A stretch of 64,000 nucleotides of DNA from Octopus vulgaris (Eukaryota). Below the pieces are notes generated by a model. The model was not told the origin of the DNA and made no database searches. It saw only the letters and a list, made by a program, of their open reading frames with translations. Location of the stretch: the NCBI GenBank assembly GCA_951406725.2, contig OX597820.1, positions 868,001-932,000 of the forward strand. Reading direction: 5' to 3'. A program made the position numbers and the translations under genes. Every line of letters starts with the position of its first letter. The stretch's first letter is position 1. Positions 12,300-24,707 of the stretch are shown here, one piece after another.

Positions 12300-13400
12300 G
12301 TTATTGTTTTCTGTTTTATTCCTGGACAACCCCGAATCAACAGAACCAACATCAAGGACGTTCTACCTATGGTTACCCTCTTCCTTGCATACTTTCAGAC
12401 ATTCTTCCACTTTTGTTGACCATTTTTCCCATTCCTCCCACCTTGAACCTCCACTCACTTTAGTTGCTGTATCTCTCCCTTCGTGTGATCGATCCTCTGT
12501 CTCGTCAGCATACTTCTTTTTAGTATTTTTTTCTTTTTTTGGTCTTTGGGTGGTGATTCCACCCGTGTTCGCTTTCTATCCTCTTTTTCTTCTGTTCTTT
12601 CCTCTTCTTTCTCCTTCACTTACTCGTCGTCACTTTCCATATTATCTCCTAAATCCCCTGTCAAAGCCCCATTCCTTCCTCCGGGATGTTATACAAATCT
12701 GGCATGGTTATGTGGACTAAGGCTTCCACCGCATAACCCCACCAGTTTATTTCGTTCGACTTTTCCACCTTAAGTATATCCACGTTCTCCTTGCAGTTGT
12801 AGATTATTGCAGCTACTATTCTTTCAGCATAAAGTTCCGGTGGAATTTTGCTTATTCGTATCCTCGCCGCTCTTCTACCGCAATAAATAGGGAGTAGTAC
12901 TTATTTTTCCGATCTCAACACTCGTTGCGTTCCTTTTCGCTTCATCTTCATTTTCGAAACGAACGTCTACCGTAGCGTATTTTCTACCTCTATTGTAGAA
13001 GGTAGTTCTTCCTTTTATTTCTTGTAGACATTTTTCAATCTCTTCTACTTCTGCTACTTCTATTCTTTTTGAGACCACACTCCATGTTCTGTATGTTATG
13101 GGTTTTTTCTCCGCTTTTTTCACTTCGTCTTCAGGTGGTGTAACCCTCAGACAGTCTCCTTCCTTTTTGAAGCTGTCATAGTATTTCCTCAGATTTTCTT
13201 TCTCGATAATTATTTCTTTTAACTGTAATTCGTTCGCAGACAGGCTTTTGCCTGCTGCTTTCGAATAAGTCTGGGCTTGCATACCCAACAAAGTATTCAA
13301 CAATTCAACACGACGCAACAGTTTCAACAACAATAATCAACAAATCCAACGCACAACCGCAAATCCGAAAAACCGACACAAACACTTCCGAGCGACAATC
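12300..13400 (-). mobile_element. Probable LINE 5' end / ORF1-like relic
   Basis: Purine-rich minus-strand frame (12875-13333: KPITYRTWS...YATVDVRFENEDEAKR, continuing RIRISKIPPEL) resembles RRM-type non-LTR ORF1; followed by a low-complexity K/E/R tract; family not recognised. Confidence 0.5.
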
Positions 13401-13537
13401 ACCGGTTTTCGATGGGAAATGATTCTCAATGCAAATATATATACTTTTTCCAGTGGCGAAAAGTCATTAATCTCGAAAAAGTGGAAACAAGCAATAATAA
13501 ATCTCTGAACGAGGTATAAACAGTAGCTGCAACACAT

Positions 13538-13623
13538 TGTGAAGTATATTTGCCACTTAAATGTGGCTAACCACTAAGGGTGGGGGTTACTGTAGCTTGT
13601 AGCCCCAGGGAAAGGCATTACAA
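13538..13623 (-). repeat. Terminal fragment of the hammerhead-associated repeat at 54.7-55.0 kb
   Basis: AAGTATATTTGCCACTTAAATGTGGC...TAGCCCCAGG is the reverse-complement homologue of about 54890-54962. Confidence 0.65.
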
Positions 13624-13888
13624 GTGAGAAAGTCAAAATTAATTGTACTTCATATTCGAGGCTTGGTTGAAGATGTAAGGTGTTAGTCAGGCACTCAACT
13701 ATGAATCCACAGCATCTTATAACAGAAACAGCTTTCAGATGATGGAGTTCATAAGAAAATCATTTATTTCTTTGCCATCTCTCTTTCTTGTTACCGTTAT
13801 ATACTCGGCTAACACTTCGTTCAGAAGCATTTGTATATTGAGTTCTACACCGACTTTTGAGTCTTGAAGTACCTAAGCGATATATATT

Positions 13889-14023
13889 GACAGACAGACA
13901 AACAAACAGACAGACAGATAGACAGATAGACAGATAGACAGACAGATAGACAGATAGACAGACAGATAGACAGATAGACAGACAGATAGATAGATAGACA
14001 GACAGATAGACAGATAGACAGAC

Positions 14024-14099
<76 letters not shown>
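13889..14099. repeat. (GACA/GATA)n microsatellite
   Basis: Direct. Confidence 0.95.
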
Positions 14100-14139
14100 G
14101 TGTTTAAAATGGTCGCCTCTTTCGTGTACAGGTCGCGGA

Positions 14140-14790
14140 TCAGACTCGACGTAATGTGCCAAGAAGCCCGATAGTAATTCTAGAAAAAATCCAAATGTAT
14201 GTCCTACGATTGTACAGAAAATGCAAAGTGAATCTTCTCCAAAAATACCTTTTCTGATTAGTAAGGAGTGGTTTAACAGATTTAAGAAGTGCTTGAATTT
14301 GCACAGCATAAAAGTATCTGTTGCAGCTGTCAGTGGTGATGCAGAGGCTGCCACTAATGATCCAGTGTAGCTAAAGAGAATGATGGGGGTTACGCAATGT
14401 TGATGAAACTGCCCTTTTCTGGAAGCGCATGGCTGCTACATCTTTTATTTCTCGAGGAGAAAATCAACACCATGATTTAAAGATTTCAAAAATCGTCTGA
14501 CGCTTCTTCTAGGAGGAAAATGCCGTTGATGATGCGAAATTAATAACCAGCGAAAATCCAAGAGCGTTCGAGAGTTAGGCAAAGTTTAATCTCCCTGTGA
14601 TTCAAATAAGAATATGCAGACGACTAAGAGGCTTTTCGAAAGGGTGTTTGCAAACAATTTCTGCCCTGCTGTAGAAAGATACAATGCCAGACAATGTCTC
14701 CTTTAAGCAATGCACTAAGTCAAGCCATCCAGTGAAATTAAACGAGCTTTCTGACAATGTGAGAGCAGAATATATTACAATACCTTATTG
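14140..14790 (+). pseudogene. Tigger/pogo-type (CENP-B HTH + DDE_1) transposase relic
   Basis: SKEWFNRFKKCLNLHSIKV...NVDETALFWKRM...FKNRLTLLLGG...SENPRAF...NLPVI...FCPAVERY, with stops and frameshifts. Confidence 0.85.
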
Positions 14791-16027
14791 CGCCTTAGTA
14801 ATATTTTCACGAATTAGAGTTCAAATCCCGCCAGAGTTGGCTTTGACTTTTATCGTCCTGGGATTGGGTAGGTCGACAGAATATGTATCAGTCATGTACT
14901 GAGGTAGATGTCATCGACTTAGATAATCCCCCCCCGCCACCTTCAATACAGTTGCATACATACACACACTTGTGCTATCTTGTGTCTATGTTAGAAATCA
15001 ATATCTTCACGAGTTCGTAGTCAACGTGTCTGGCAATCGTGGGACGAGATATCGCCAGACTGTTGCTGGTAGTTTCTATTGTTGTTGATATAGTTGTTGT
15101 TGTTGTTGTTGTTGTTGTTGTGTTGTTTTTGTTTAGCCCAGTGTCAGCCCTGACTGAACGGACATATAATCAAAAGAATTCCAGTGATGACCACCCCCAT
15201 CTTTTCGGGAGTGTTTCATCTAGCACTACAATATCCAATGTGTCGTTCCTTGTTTAAGACAGGCTTTTCCTTGTTTTGGTTGAATGTGAGGGAGATTCGG
15301 CCGCTCTTTCTTGCATATCTGTCGCCTTGTCGTCATTGTCATTGTTAGTGATGTTACTTACCTTTGGAGAAAATTCCGGCGATTCTCAGAGCTTCTTTGT
15401 AAATCGATAAATTTCTTGAGGAAAACAGCAGCCATCTAACAACAATATCCAACTGTGTTCCAAGATCGAAATCTATGTCAAATGCTGAGAATTTATTTTC
15501 CAGATTCTTTGAACAGCATGCCATTAACAAATAGCTTAATGGTTCAATGGTTCACCTCTTGTAAAAATAGCGTTATCTCTTTTCTCTTCGACGGAATTTT
15601 TTATAAATCCAACATACCAAATTCAAAATTGCTGGAATTGATCAATCGAAAATCGAGGTTGGTCGGGTCATTTGGATGTCAGACTTCCGACCAAACAGCG
15701 AATGATTTTGAATCAGGAGTGCAATATCTATTCTAGGGCAAAAATGCAGCTTCAACATCGATTTTCCGGACATCGATGGTCCGGAACTTCATAATCTGCA
15801 TTAATTTACGAGCAGAAACTTCAAATTACTGCGACTACTACACTAGTTTCCTGATCAGCCCTGTTTACTGCTGTGTATCTGGCACACAATGGTATTTATA
15901 AACGTGTGTCATTAACACCTGGGGTTCTCAACCATTTTTTTTTATCTATAGACCCCTTTGATTACTATCTTATTCTGATGGGACCCATAACCATCGATGT
16001 TTAAAGACTAGATTTATAGAACCTTTT

Positions 16028-16149
16028 TTACATTCGACAGATATTTGTCCTCATCTTGTTTGTTGTTAACACAACGTTTCGGCTGATGTACTCTCCAGCC
16101 TTCATCAGGTGTCTTGGGGAAATTTCGAACCTGGGTTCTCATTCCTAAG
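16028..16149 (-). mobile_element. 3' fragment of the hammerhead-tailed element (same family as 28.0-28.6 kb)
   Basis: Near-identical to about 28055-28177. Confidence 0.85.
16068..16113 (-). ncRNA. Minimal type-I hammerhead ribozyme motif
   Basis: Minus strand GACAC-CUGAUGA-A-GGCUG(gagaguacau)CAGCC-GAAA-CG-UU-GUGUU: stems I and II pair, and the stem III region is palindromic (AACGUU). Confidence 0.72.
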
Positions 16150-16714
16150 TTCATAATTTCAATGAAGATAATTTTTATAACCTGAAGGCGCGTGCCCTAG
16201 TGGTTAGCATGTTACACTCACGAACGCTGGATCACGGGTTCAGTCCCCGGCCCAAGTGGCACGTTGTGTTCTTAAGCAAAACACTTCATTTCACGCTGTT
16301 CTTTGGCCGGGAGAGTGGCAAAACCATTGATGCATCGACAGAAATACTTTACGGCTCTCTACATTCTTAGTTCAAATCCCACCTGCCTAGAGAAAGCAAC
16401 GAGAAACCACTCCAATATTCATCCCAAATCTAGTCATGGTAGCCAAAGTTACAGCAATCTATTCAGCGGGGGCAGAGGAGGGGACGGAGCCTCCTAGCTC
16501 GTGCAGAGAGTGCTAGACATGATTCACACGCACAGCACCGGCTTAAGGACAGACCACCGCTAGTCTAGAAACCATTGCGAATGCCATTGCTTCCTGTTGT
16601 CTATTTTCTTTGGTCGCTTCTCTTTGGGGTCATTAATCTTCTGATTTACTGTGTCTGATGCCAAAGGAAGTGAGCAGGAAAGGAAGAACAAATAATACAT
16701 GAAATACAACTAAC

Positions 16715-16927
16715 CTTTCTACTATTGGCACAAGGTCTGAAATTTGGTGGGAGGGGTCCAGTCGATTAGATCGACCCCAGTACGCAACTGGTACTTAACT
16801 TATCGACCCCGAAAGGATGAAAGGCAAAGTCGACCTCGAAGGAAATTAAACTCAGAACGTAAAGACAGACGAAATACCGCTAAGCATCACGCCTGGCGTG
16901 CTAACGTTTCTGCCAGCTCGCCGCCTT
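16715..16927 (-). mobile_element. SINE family A
   Basis: Reverse-complement match to 1665-1895. Confidence 0.85.
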
Positions 16928-18102
16928 ATGAAATACAACTGAATATCAAGTTAGCAACTAGGAGCACTCAACCAGCATGGCTGACTTATATAGATGAAAG
17001 TATTTATAACCCTGGCAGCTGTATATGCTGATCGACAAAGTGGAACCGCGGCAAAGGTCAGGTTGCAGTTAGTGCAACGAAAATTTTGGCGCAAAATACT
17101 AAATATTTAACTGAAGCTTACAGGTTTTGTGCATCTTGAAATGGTTAACACGGGTCTCTCATGATATACTTGTTTTTGTTTGCAAACAAGATATCAGACG
17201 AAATCAGTTGCCAGACATGTTCGTTAGTGGGATTAACGAAATAGAGTTGGGCACAAAAGGTTGCCTTGACGGAGACCACTTTCAAGTAGAAGATATGGAA
17301 AAGAACTATTTTCAATATAAACAAATTAAGTCTTATTGGTGAAATAGTTCTTTACCGAATTGATTATTTGTTTACTGAAATAAGATTGCATTATTTCGAG
17401 AGCTTCTGTGACTAATTGAATGGAAAGCGTTTGCGAAGTCTGTACAAAGTAAACCCACCATATTGTTATGAGATCCTTTTGTTTTCATATCAATATATAA
17501 AGTAGCTGAGTGAGAGTTGAATGATTTGTTTGGAAGCCATGGTGATTAATTAATAAAAGGTTCTGTGTTAAATGATTTAAAATGTTTTCTTTAATTATAG
17601 AATCTAGGTTTTACTAAATGTATTTAATAAAGTCATTAGTTCATAGTTTGTTTGTTTTTTACATCAGAAATTAATTATTTGTTTGGTGTAGAGGAAACAC
17701 TTTGGCGATTTTCCAAGCGGAAGGTAAAGTCTATTTAGTAAAAGACAAAGAGTAAATGAACGATAAGGGTTTATACCCCACGTGGCTCTACATTGCCCTT
17801 GGGGGTCCACATAACTGTTGGGTGTCTATGTAAGATTTATTTACAATATATTCGTTATACTTTTGTAATAAACAAAATATATTCACAATGTTTTTATACA
17901 ATTTCTAATAATATTTAATTATAAAAATATAATAGGATTATTTTAAACATCAAATGGCTGTTGGAGCCCATCTGAGTACAATAGGAATCAAAGGGGTCCA
18001 CAGACAAAAAAGGGGTTGAGAACCACTGGTTTAGACGGTTTAAATCTAAATCTTTTAACGACATTGCGTAGAATTCCTCCCGGATCAAGAAATGGTCTCC
18101 AG

Positions 18103-18318
18103 CAGTGGTTCTCAACCATTTTTTTTACCTATAGATCCCCTTAATTCTTATTTTACTCTAATGGACCAAAAGCTATTTGATGTATATTTTTAAAAACCCT
18201 TCTGTATTTTAATAATTAAATATTATCAGAAATTATATAATAAAAAAAATCAAAAGATTTTATGTATTGTAGAACGGACCCCTCTCAGGGCCATTTGGGC
18301 CCCGGTCGAGAGCCACTG
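18103..18318. mobile_element. hAT-type MITE
   Basis: TIRs CAGTGGTTCTCAACC / GGTCGAGAGCCACTG; imperfect 8-bp TSD GTCTCCAG/ATCACCAG; a sibling end lies at 18013-18028. Confidence 0.8.
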
Positions 18319-18454
18319 ATCACCAGCAATAATAGCGAACCTATACACGCCTTTCTTAGCTGTAACATAATGCAAGTTTTAAATGACCCACGGTGGACTA
18401 TGAAACAAAGAAACCATCACATGTTATAAAAAGCTAAGTTATAAACCTTTCTTT

Positions 18455-18930
18455 TCCTTCTTAAGCCTTTCGTTCCCTTTGAAGCGTTGGCCATCGTCAG
18501 CTTTCCTCCTCTCTTTTCGACTCTAGACTGTTTTTTCCTGTTTTTTTTTTTTTTCCAGTTGCATCCCTACCTTTTCAGTTCTGCTTCAACTCCTACAACC
18601 GGTTATTTTTAGGGCGTCTTCTCTTCCTCTTCCTTTGTGAGCTCCAGGTCGTGTGTTCCCCCGAGTGAAGGCCTTCCTCTCACAAGTCTGGGTGATTTTG
18701 AATTGTCATCCATACTTCTGCAACTTTGCTTCTTTCCTAGGTAAGGGTGTTGTCTCTACGCAGACCCCTTTCTACTTCTAGAAAGATGTGGTTCATATTA
18801 GCCTGGCCTGCATTCTTTGGCCTGTCCAGCATGGGAGGCCCTACCAGGAGCTTGTGATCTACTGGTATAGCTTTCGAGGTCACTGTGGCATAACAGCCAC
18901 CACATTGCAACAAGAACTGGACCTTGTGGT
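18455..18930 (-). mobile_element. Internally deleted (bipartite) RTE-derived retroelement
   Basis: Minus strand: RTE-like 5' UTR motif (CTCCTGGTAGGGCCTCCCATGCTGGACAGG) joined to a degenerate RTE ORF 3' end (KRKRRRPK...VEAELKR). Confidence 0.55.
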
Positions 18931-19832
18931 GGCATAAACAATTACCTGGAACTAAAAGTCATCAATTGACAAGAGAAACAAGGCTGCAAGCTGGCAGAAT
19001 CGTTGGTACGCCGAGCAGATTGCTTAGCCTTTTTTGACACGCGGAGGAAACCTTTGGGTCTATTCTTTGATATGGCGGTCCCTACATAGCACTAGAGCAA
19101 CGTGAAAAGAAGTGTTTTGGTCAAGAACATAACACACCGACCGACTCCTAAATCGAACCCACGACCTCTCGATCGAGAGCACAACACCCCAACACCTAGA
19201 CAACACGTCTTCACCATTCAGTAATTGCTGTGGTTCTGTTATTTCCATAATTCGTGCAATAGAAGTAAACAAAAACCGTAGAGGCTTATTTCTGATTTCT
19301 TAGCCATGGTGATAGAGTGACATCCTTTTCCGCCCTAGACAGGCCTCTTGGAGCTCAATTGTTGTTGTTGCTCGATAAACACTCACAATGCCCGGTCTAG
19401 GAATCGAAACTGCGTTCTTACGACCGCGAGTCCGCTGCCCTAACCACTGGACCATTGCGCTTCCACAGTTGCTGTTTTTGCAACTCAAGCAAACCGGCCA
19501 ACAAATTTTCCATAATTTTACGATATTTTTCGTAAAATTCGCACAACCCAAACTTTTGTGAGTTTCTTAACTCCTCGTGAGTTGTTAAAATCCCCGTCTC
19601 CACTGTTATAATCCTTAAAATGTTGCATTATTATAACACCCACTTCAGTATACAATATTCTTAGAAAAACCAGTAAAAGCACGACTATCTTTGACCGCCT
19701 ACTATGAACCCTCGTACGTCACGTGCTTCTCTTTACTTATAGTGACTAGGTTTTTCCATTCGTCACGTGGGAGTAGTGTACCATTATTATTAATTCTCTA
19801 CAATATATATATATATGTGTATATATATGTGT

Positions 19833-20138
19833 GGAGGCGCAATGGCCCAGTGGTTAGGGCAGCGGACTCGCGGTTGTAGGATCGCGGTTTTGATTCCCAG
19901 ACCGGGCGTTGTGAGTGTTTATTGAGCGAAAACACCTAAAGCTCCACGAGTCTCTGGCAAGGGGTGGTGGCGTTTCCTGCTGTACTCTTTCGCCACAACT
20001 TTCTCTCACTCTTTCTTCTGTTGGCCTGCTCTCTTAGCCAGCGGGGTGGCGTCATTTGAAGGCTAAAATAATGCGAAGCGCATTGTGACCAGCGATGTGT
20101 AGCAACATCTGATAGCCTAGTCGGTCACGGTGATTACG

Positions 20139-20143
<5 letters not shown>
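19833..20143 (+). mobile_element. tRNA(Arg-like) SINE, head C with tail Y
   Basis: Head GGAGGCGCAATGGCCCAGTGGTTAGGGCAGCGGACTCGCGG; tail GAAGCGCATTGTGACCAGCGATGTG...CACGGTGA. Confidence 0.88.
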
Positions 20144-20172
<29 letters not shown>

Positions 20173-20434
20173 TTGTAATAATGAAATCAAACAGTGATAG
20201 TTTGAAATAATTTAAAACAAGTGTTTGATGTTTGCGTAATAACTAATGGGAAATGCATCCATTACATTAACATTCCTCAGTTGAAACATTCCAAAATATG
20301 AAGGAATTGATGGAAATATTTCAAGACATATGCTCAAAGCAGTTGCACCATAGGCAAAGTACCGACCGTGCGCGCGCGCGCGTGTGTGTGTGTGCATGGC
20401 AAATTTAACTAGATTGAAACACAATGTGCACCAG

Positions 20435-20475
20435 CCACATTCAGTTTTCGAACCTTATTGAGATATCATCAGAGG
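20435..20475 (-). ncRNA. Degenerate hammerhead-like motif (copy 1)
   Basis: CCU-CUGAUGA-U-AUCU(caaua)AGGU-UC-GAAA-ACUGAA-UG-UGG; stem III and cleavage site decayed. Confidence 0.4.
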
Positions 20476-20480
20476 TGCTA

Positions 20481-20702
20481 CGGGGTGGGGCTAAAAAGTT
20501 CCTGGTTTTGGATAAAAGAAAATGCAGGAGAATCAATTGATTATAATTTTGTTCAGCATACTGCCCTCTCAGATTCACAGACTTCTGAGTTAGACGTAGC
20601 GGTCCATCAGTTTTTTTTTTTCTAGGCCCTATAAAAGAACTCGGAAGGTCGGGCCTCCTTTCACGATACCCTTAAAGCCAGCAACTTCTCAGCCCGTTCT
20701 CG
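20481..20702. mobile_element. mariner-derived MITE
   Basis: Degenerate TIRs (GCTAAAAAGTTCCTGGTTT / AAAGCCAGCAACTTCTCAGC), TA on the left; sibling of 58902-59128. Confidence 0.75.
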
Positions 20703-20943
20703 TCCATCGTTTGGCCAATCCCAAACGCACAAGAAGCCAGTCTGTTTCTATCACAACAGATCCAGTTGCTTCTGAGAACTAGAGTTACTAAATTGTATTC
20801 TATAAGAATTTAAGACTGTATTTAATATGAGAGGCCGTCAACGGGGATCTCTGTTCACATAAGTAATGTAAATCTGTGCGGCAGACAGACAAGCAGGGCA
20901 AATTGAACTGTTTCTCCCTGGACTGAAAAGAAATGAAGAACGG

Positions 20944-20984
20944 CTTCAATCGATTTTCGAAACTTATTGAACTCTCATCAGAGG
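20944..20984 (-). ncRNA. Degenerate hammerhead-like motif (copy 2)
   Basis: CCU-CUGAUGA-GAGUUcaauaAGUUUC-GAAA-AUCGAU(palindrome)-UG-AAG; G at the cleavage position suggests it is inactive. Confidence 0.48.
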
Positions 20985-21819
20985 AATCTACATTTCATGA
21001 GGTTGAGTTTGCCTTTCATCCTTTAGGAGTCGACAAAATAAACACCAGTTGAACACTGGTCAATCAGATCCACTTTTCTGCCCCTTCAAAATTGTGCCAA
21101 AATTAGAAATAAGTATTATTTTAACTTTCACCTGTTTCAGCCATTGGACTGCGATCATGCTGGGGCATCGCCTTGAACAACTTGAGCCCACCACTTATTT
21201 TAAAAGTCTGGTATTTATTCTATCGGCCTCTTTTAACGAACCGCTACGTTAAGGGCATGTAAACAAACCAACACCAGTTATCAAGCAATGGTGAAGGACA
21301 AACACAAACAGGGCACATATCCATCCATACACACACAGATATACGTGTGTGTGTGTGTGTGTGTGTATACAACGAGCTTTCCCACAGCTTCCGTCCTCCA
21401 AATTCACTCAGAAAAGCCATTGTTCGTTCCAAGTAGGAAACACTTGGCCAATCTATTGTGCAACGGGCGAAACGAGAGCCTGTCTCACTCACACAGCGAC
21501 GCCTACGCCGTTTATTTTGATTTTTGCTTTTCTCACACAGAACACATCAAACGGTGAATCCATCTTAATAATTGACAACCTCCTCCACTACTTCGCCCAT
21601 GGTATGGATAACCATGGATGGCTATGGAGGGATATACATGAATAATCATAGTCCGGCAACAATAAAGCCTGACCTGACGTCAAATAGTCACAAAGCAACA
21701 GCAACTTGGTCTGTACCTACGATCACCGCCATCGCCATCGCCTGGCTATTATACAAGTGCCACCGTCCAATCCACAACAGAGTTGTTGCCATCATTCGCC
21801 ATCGTTGTACAGCTACATA

Positions 21820-22020
21820 GCGGCCGAACGAACCGGCAGGAGACCAAGAAATGAGATGGTTGGATAATATCCACAGTCTTAGTTGGTCATGCTTGAGAGT
21901 CCAGTTGGAAAGAGTGATGACGGCTGCTTCTGATAGGACCCTATGGAAGAGGAGGGGCCTGGGGATTCTACAGCCACTACCCTCCCAGGAATAGCGGATG
22001 GCCAAGAAACCTGAGATCCT
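21820..22020 (+). mobile_element. RTE-like LINE 3' end relic
   Basis: PAGRPR..WLDNIHSLSWSCLRVQLERVMTAASDRTLWK...; a related decayed copy is on the minus strand near 32900-33080. Confidence 0.55.
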
Positions 22021-22691
22021 CTGGATTTTCAAAGAATAATGGCCGAAAGTACAAGACTTTTCCCTGAACGAGTCCGTTTCAAGATTAAACCCATTTTAAG
22101 CTGAGTATAGTGGAGTGCCATAAAATGAAGTGATTCTTAACGACACTTAAGGACCGACCGGCCCAAGTATCGAACCCAAGACCTAATGATAGTGAGCCCA
22201 AGACTCTAACCATTAAACCACGCACCTTCGTTATTTACCATTTACGCCATAGCGTAAATGGTAAATGGTAAATCCGGCACTGGTTGTTTAATCCGGACTT
22301 GGCTGAAAACCTTTCGATAAAAACTAAAGTTGTTAGAATGGCGATCCGACACATTGCTGTGCCTCAAGACGCTACGCCCTCTGGCGATCCTTGGAAGACT
22401 AAAAAAAAAATAGCAATCACTAAATATAAATAACCATAGTAACAGCAACAACGACAGCAACACCATTAAAAACAAGTATAAGAATAATGTTCTCGAGAGA
22501 ATCTGATTTTATTGAAAGTTCAATGTGATATGATGTCGGCAATATCCTGATATTGAATGAGATGTAGGTTAGAAGAGAGACGGACAGCGGTTCACCATTG
22601 GATATCAGACGAATATCAAATATCTTGCTATCGTTTCACTAGTCGACAAAGGTCACCGACGCTGCTCCCTCCCTCCCTCACTCACTCTCCT

Positions 22692-22692
<1 letters not shown>

Positions 22693-22760
<68 letters not shown>

Positions 22761-22831
22761 CGCTACTACAACTACTACTACTACTATTACTGCTACTGCT
22801 GCTACTACTACTACTAGTACTACTACTACTG

Positions 22832-22877
<46 letters not shown>

Positions 22878-22909
22878 AACTACTACTACTGCTGCTGCTG
22901 CTGCAGCCG

Positions 22910-22949
<40 letters not shown>

Positions 22950-22968
22950 AACTACTACTACTACTACT
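22693..22968. repeat. (TAC/TGC)n compound microsatellite
   Basis: Direct. Confidence 0.95.
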
Positions 22969-23349
22969 GTTCTTAGCAATATGAAAAATGACCCCAAAAC
23001 TTTTCTGACGACATTAACAACGAGAACGACACTGAAGGAGTAAAAGAGAAATCGGAGCGGGAGGAGAATGGAGAGGGGGGGATACAAGGGTGATAGGAGG
23101 CGTAGGAGGAGGAGGAGAGGCAGTAGTAGTAGGAGGAGGATAATGATGGTAATGGGAGGAATGAGGTGATGATGATAATAATAATAATCTTTTCCACTAT
23201 AGGCCAGAAATTTGAGGGAGGGGGATGAGTGGATTACATCGACCCCAGTATCTAACTGGTACTTCTTTTATCGAGCCCGAAAGGATAGGCAAAGTGGACC
23301 TCAGCGGTATTTGAACTCAGAAGGTAAGGCCGGACGAAATACAGTTAAG

Positions 23350-23975
23350 CTGTTGCAGAAGTTAGACAGTACTTCCGTGCTTGTAGAGCTTGTCTCGAAC
23401 CGGCAGAGCACCCTGGTGGCACTGCTAGGCCGGGGATTTCTGGAAATTGTCCATAGGCCCCGGCCCAAAAGAGCTCCTGAAAAGACTCAGATTTTCTCCC
23501 AGGATCTCGTCGCAGTTGCCCAGCATTAATCCTGTATAGAACTCCAGTATGGAACTTCTACCGACCGCATTGCACAAATGGGGGTGCTGTGAGCGCTTGC
23601 CGACATTCCAGGTGCTAAGCGCCCTTTCTTGATCTAGCTTCATCCAGGACTATAGGTTCGCCAATGAGACAAGCTGCAGAAAGTCATGTCTGACGAACGG
23701 CTACCACACTTGCTCAACGTCAAGGAAATGCTAGAGATGGATCAGCCTGAGGGCCTGTCTGCACATCATTATCCAATCATTACCCATGGCATGCCCAGTC
23801 CTCCACTCAGCGGAAAACGTCCCTTCCACAGAAAGCAGAAGAGCAAGTGCTCCGGCTTGATCTGCCACGAAAAAGAGCAAGGAATGATGGTCAAGAGGTA
23901 GTAGATGACGGAAGCGATGTACGCATTCACTACCTCCGCCCGCCCCTTCATGGACAGCTTCCCTTCGGCTCACTT
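23350..23975 (-). mobile_element. L1/Tx1-clade LINE ORF2 relic (post-RT region)
   Basis: LSMKGRAEVVNAYIASVIYY...LLFCFLWKGR...GGLGMP motifs typical of L1/Tx1 ORF2. Confidence 0.75.
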
Positions 23976-24184
23976 CTGAGTGAGACTTCTGAAGTGTACT
24001 TTTCGCAGTGGATTGTATCAAAGCATTTGTCTCTTAAGTCTAGCATTGATATTGCTAAATTTTTCCTTCATCTCCGCCGCATCCCCTTCATCTGATATAA
24101 TACGCTATGTATTCTATGCATCTTTGTACTTATTCCTTGATTTCAAATTCTAGTCCTGTCAAATATGAAGAAATGAAGGTACCA

Positions 24185-24487
24185 CTTTAGTCTGCGTTGT
24201 GAAATGACATGATCTGGATTTAGGAGTAAGGTTAGGGTTAAGGTTTAAAGTTAGAATGATGGTTATGGTTTAGGGCCAGGGTCAGGGTTTAGGGCTAGAG
24301 TTAAGTTTTAAGATTTAGGATTATGGTTAGGATTTAAGGCTAGGATTACGGCTTAAGGCTAGAGTTAGGGTTAGGAGTAAGGTATAGGGTTAAGGCTCAG
24401 GGTTAGGATTAAGTTTAGGGTTATCGTTAGGGTTAAGATTAGACTGCTCGCTAAAGTGAGAATGTCCAGGTAGAACGCACACTAAAG
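24185..24487. repeat. Degenerate (TTAGGG)n array bounded by inverted repeats
   Basis: About 35 degenerate hexamers at 24220-24440; CTTTAGTCTGCGTT (24185) and AACGCACACTAAAG (24474) match 13/14 as an inverted pair. Confidence 0.7.
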
Positions 24488-24620
24488 AAATGTCCGCTAG
24501 GAGACACCACATAATATTTGACCTATCTGGAAACTTTGATTTTTTCTTTTGTTCTATTCCATTCCACATGATCTCTGGCGTTTCATCTGTTCTTAATTTC
24601 TTTGATTAATTGCAAAGATC

Positions 24621-24707
<87 letters not shown>

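Noticed and set aside
15455-15736. 93-aa non-repetitive ORF
   Set aside because: Non-ATG start, no recognisable domain and no clear splice sites.
17050-17680. Possible old transposase relic
   Set aside because: No diagnostic motif could be recovered in any frame.
19833-19905. Apparent tRNA-Arg gene (similar heads at 11910, 28279, 30649, 51340)
   Set aside because: These are SINE heads: they continue into repeat bodies, have poor acceptor stems and lack a terminator.
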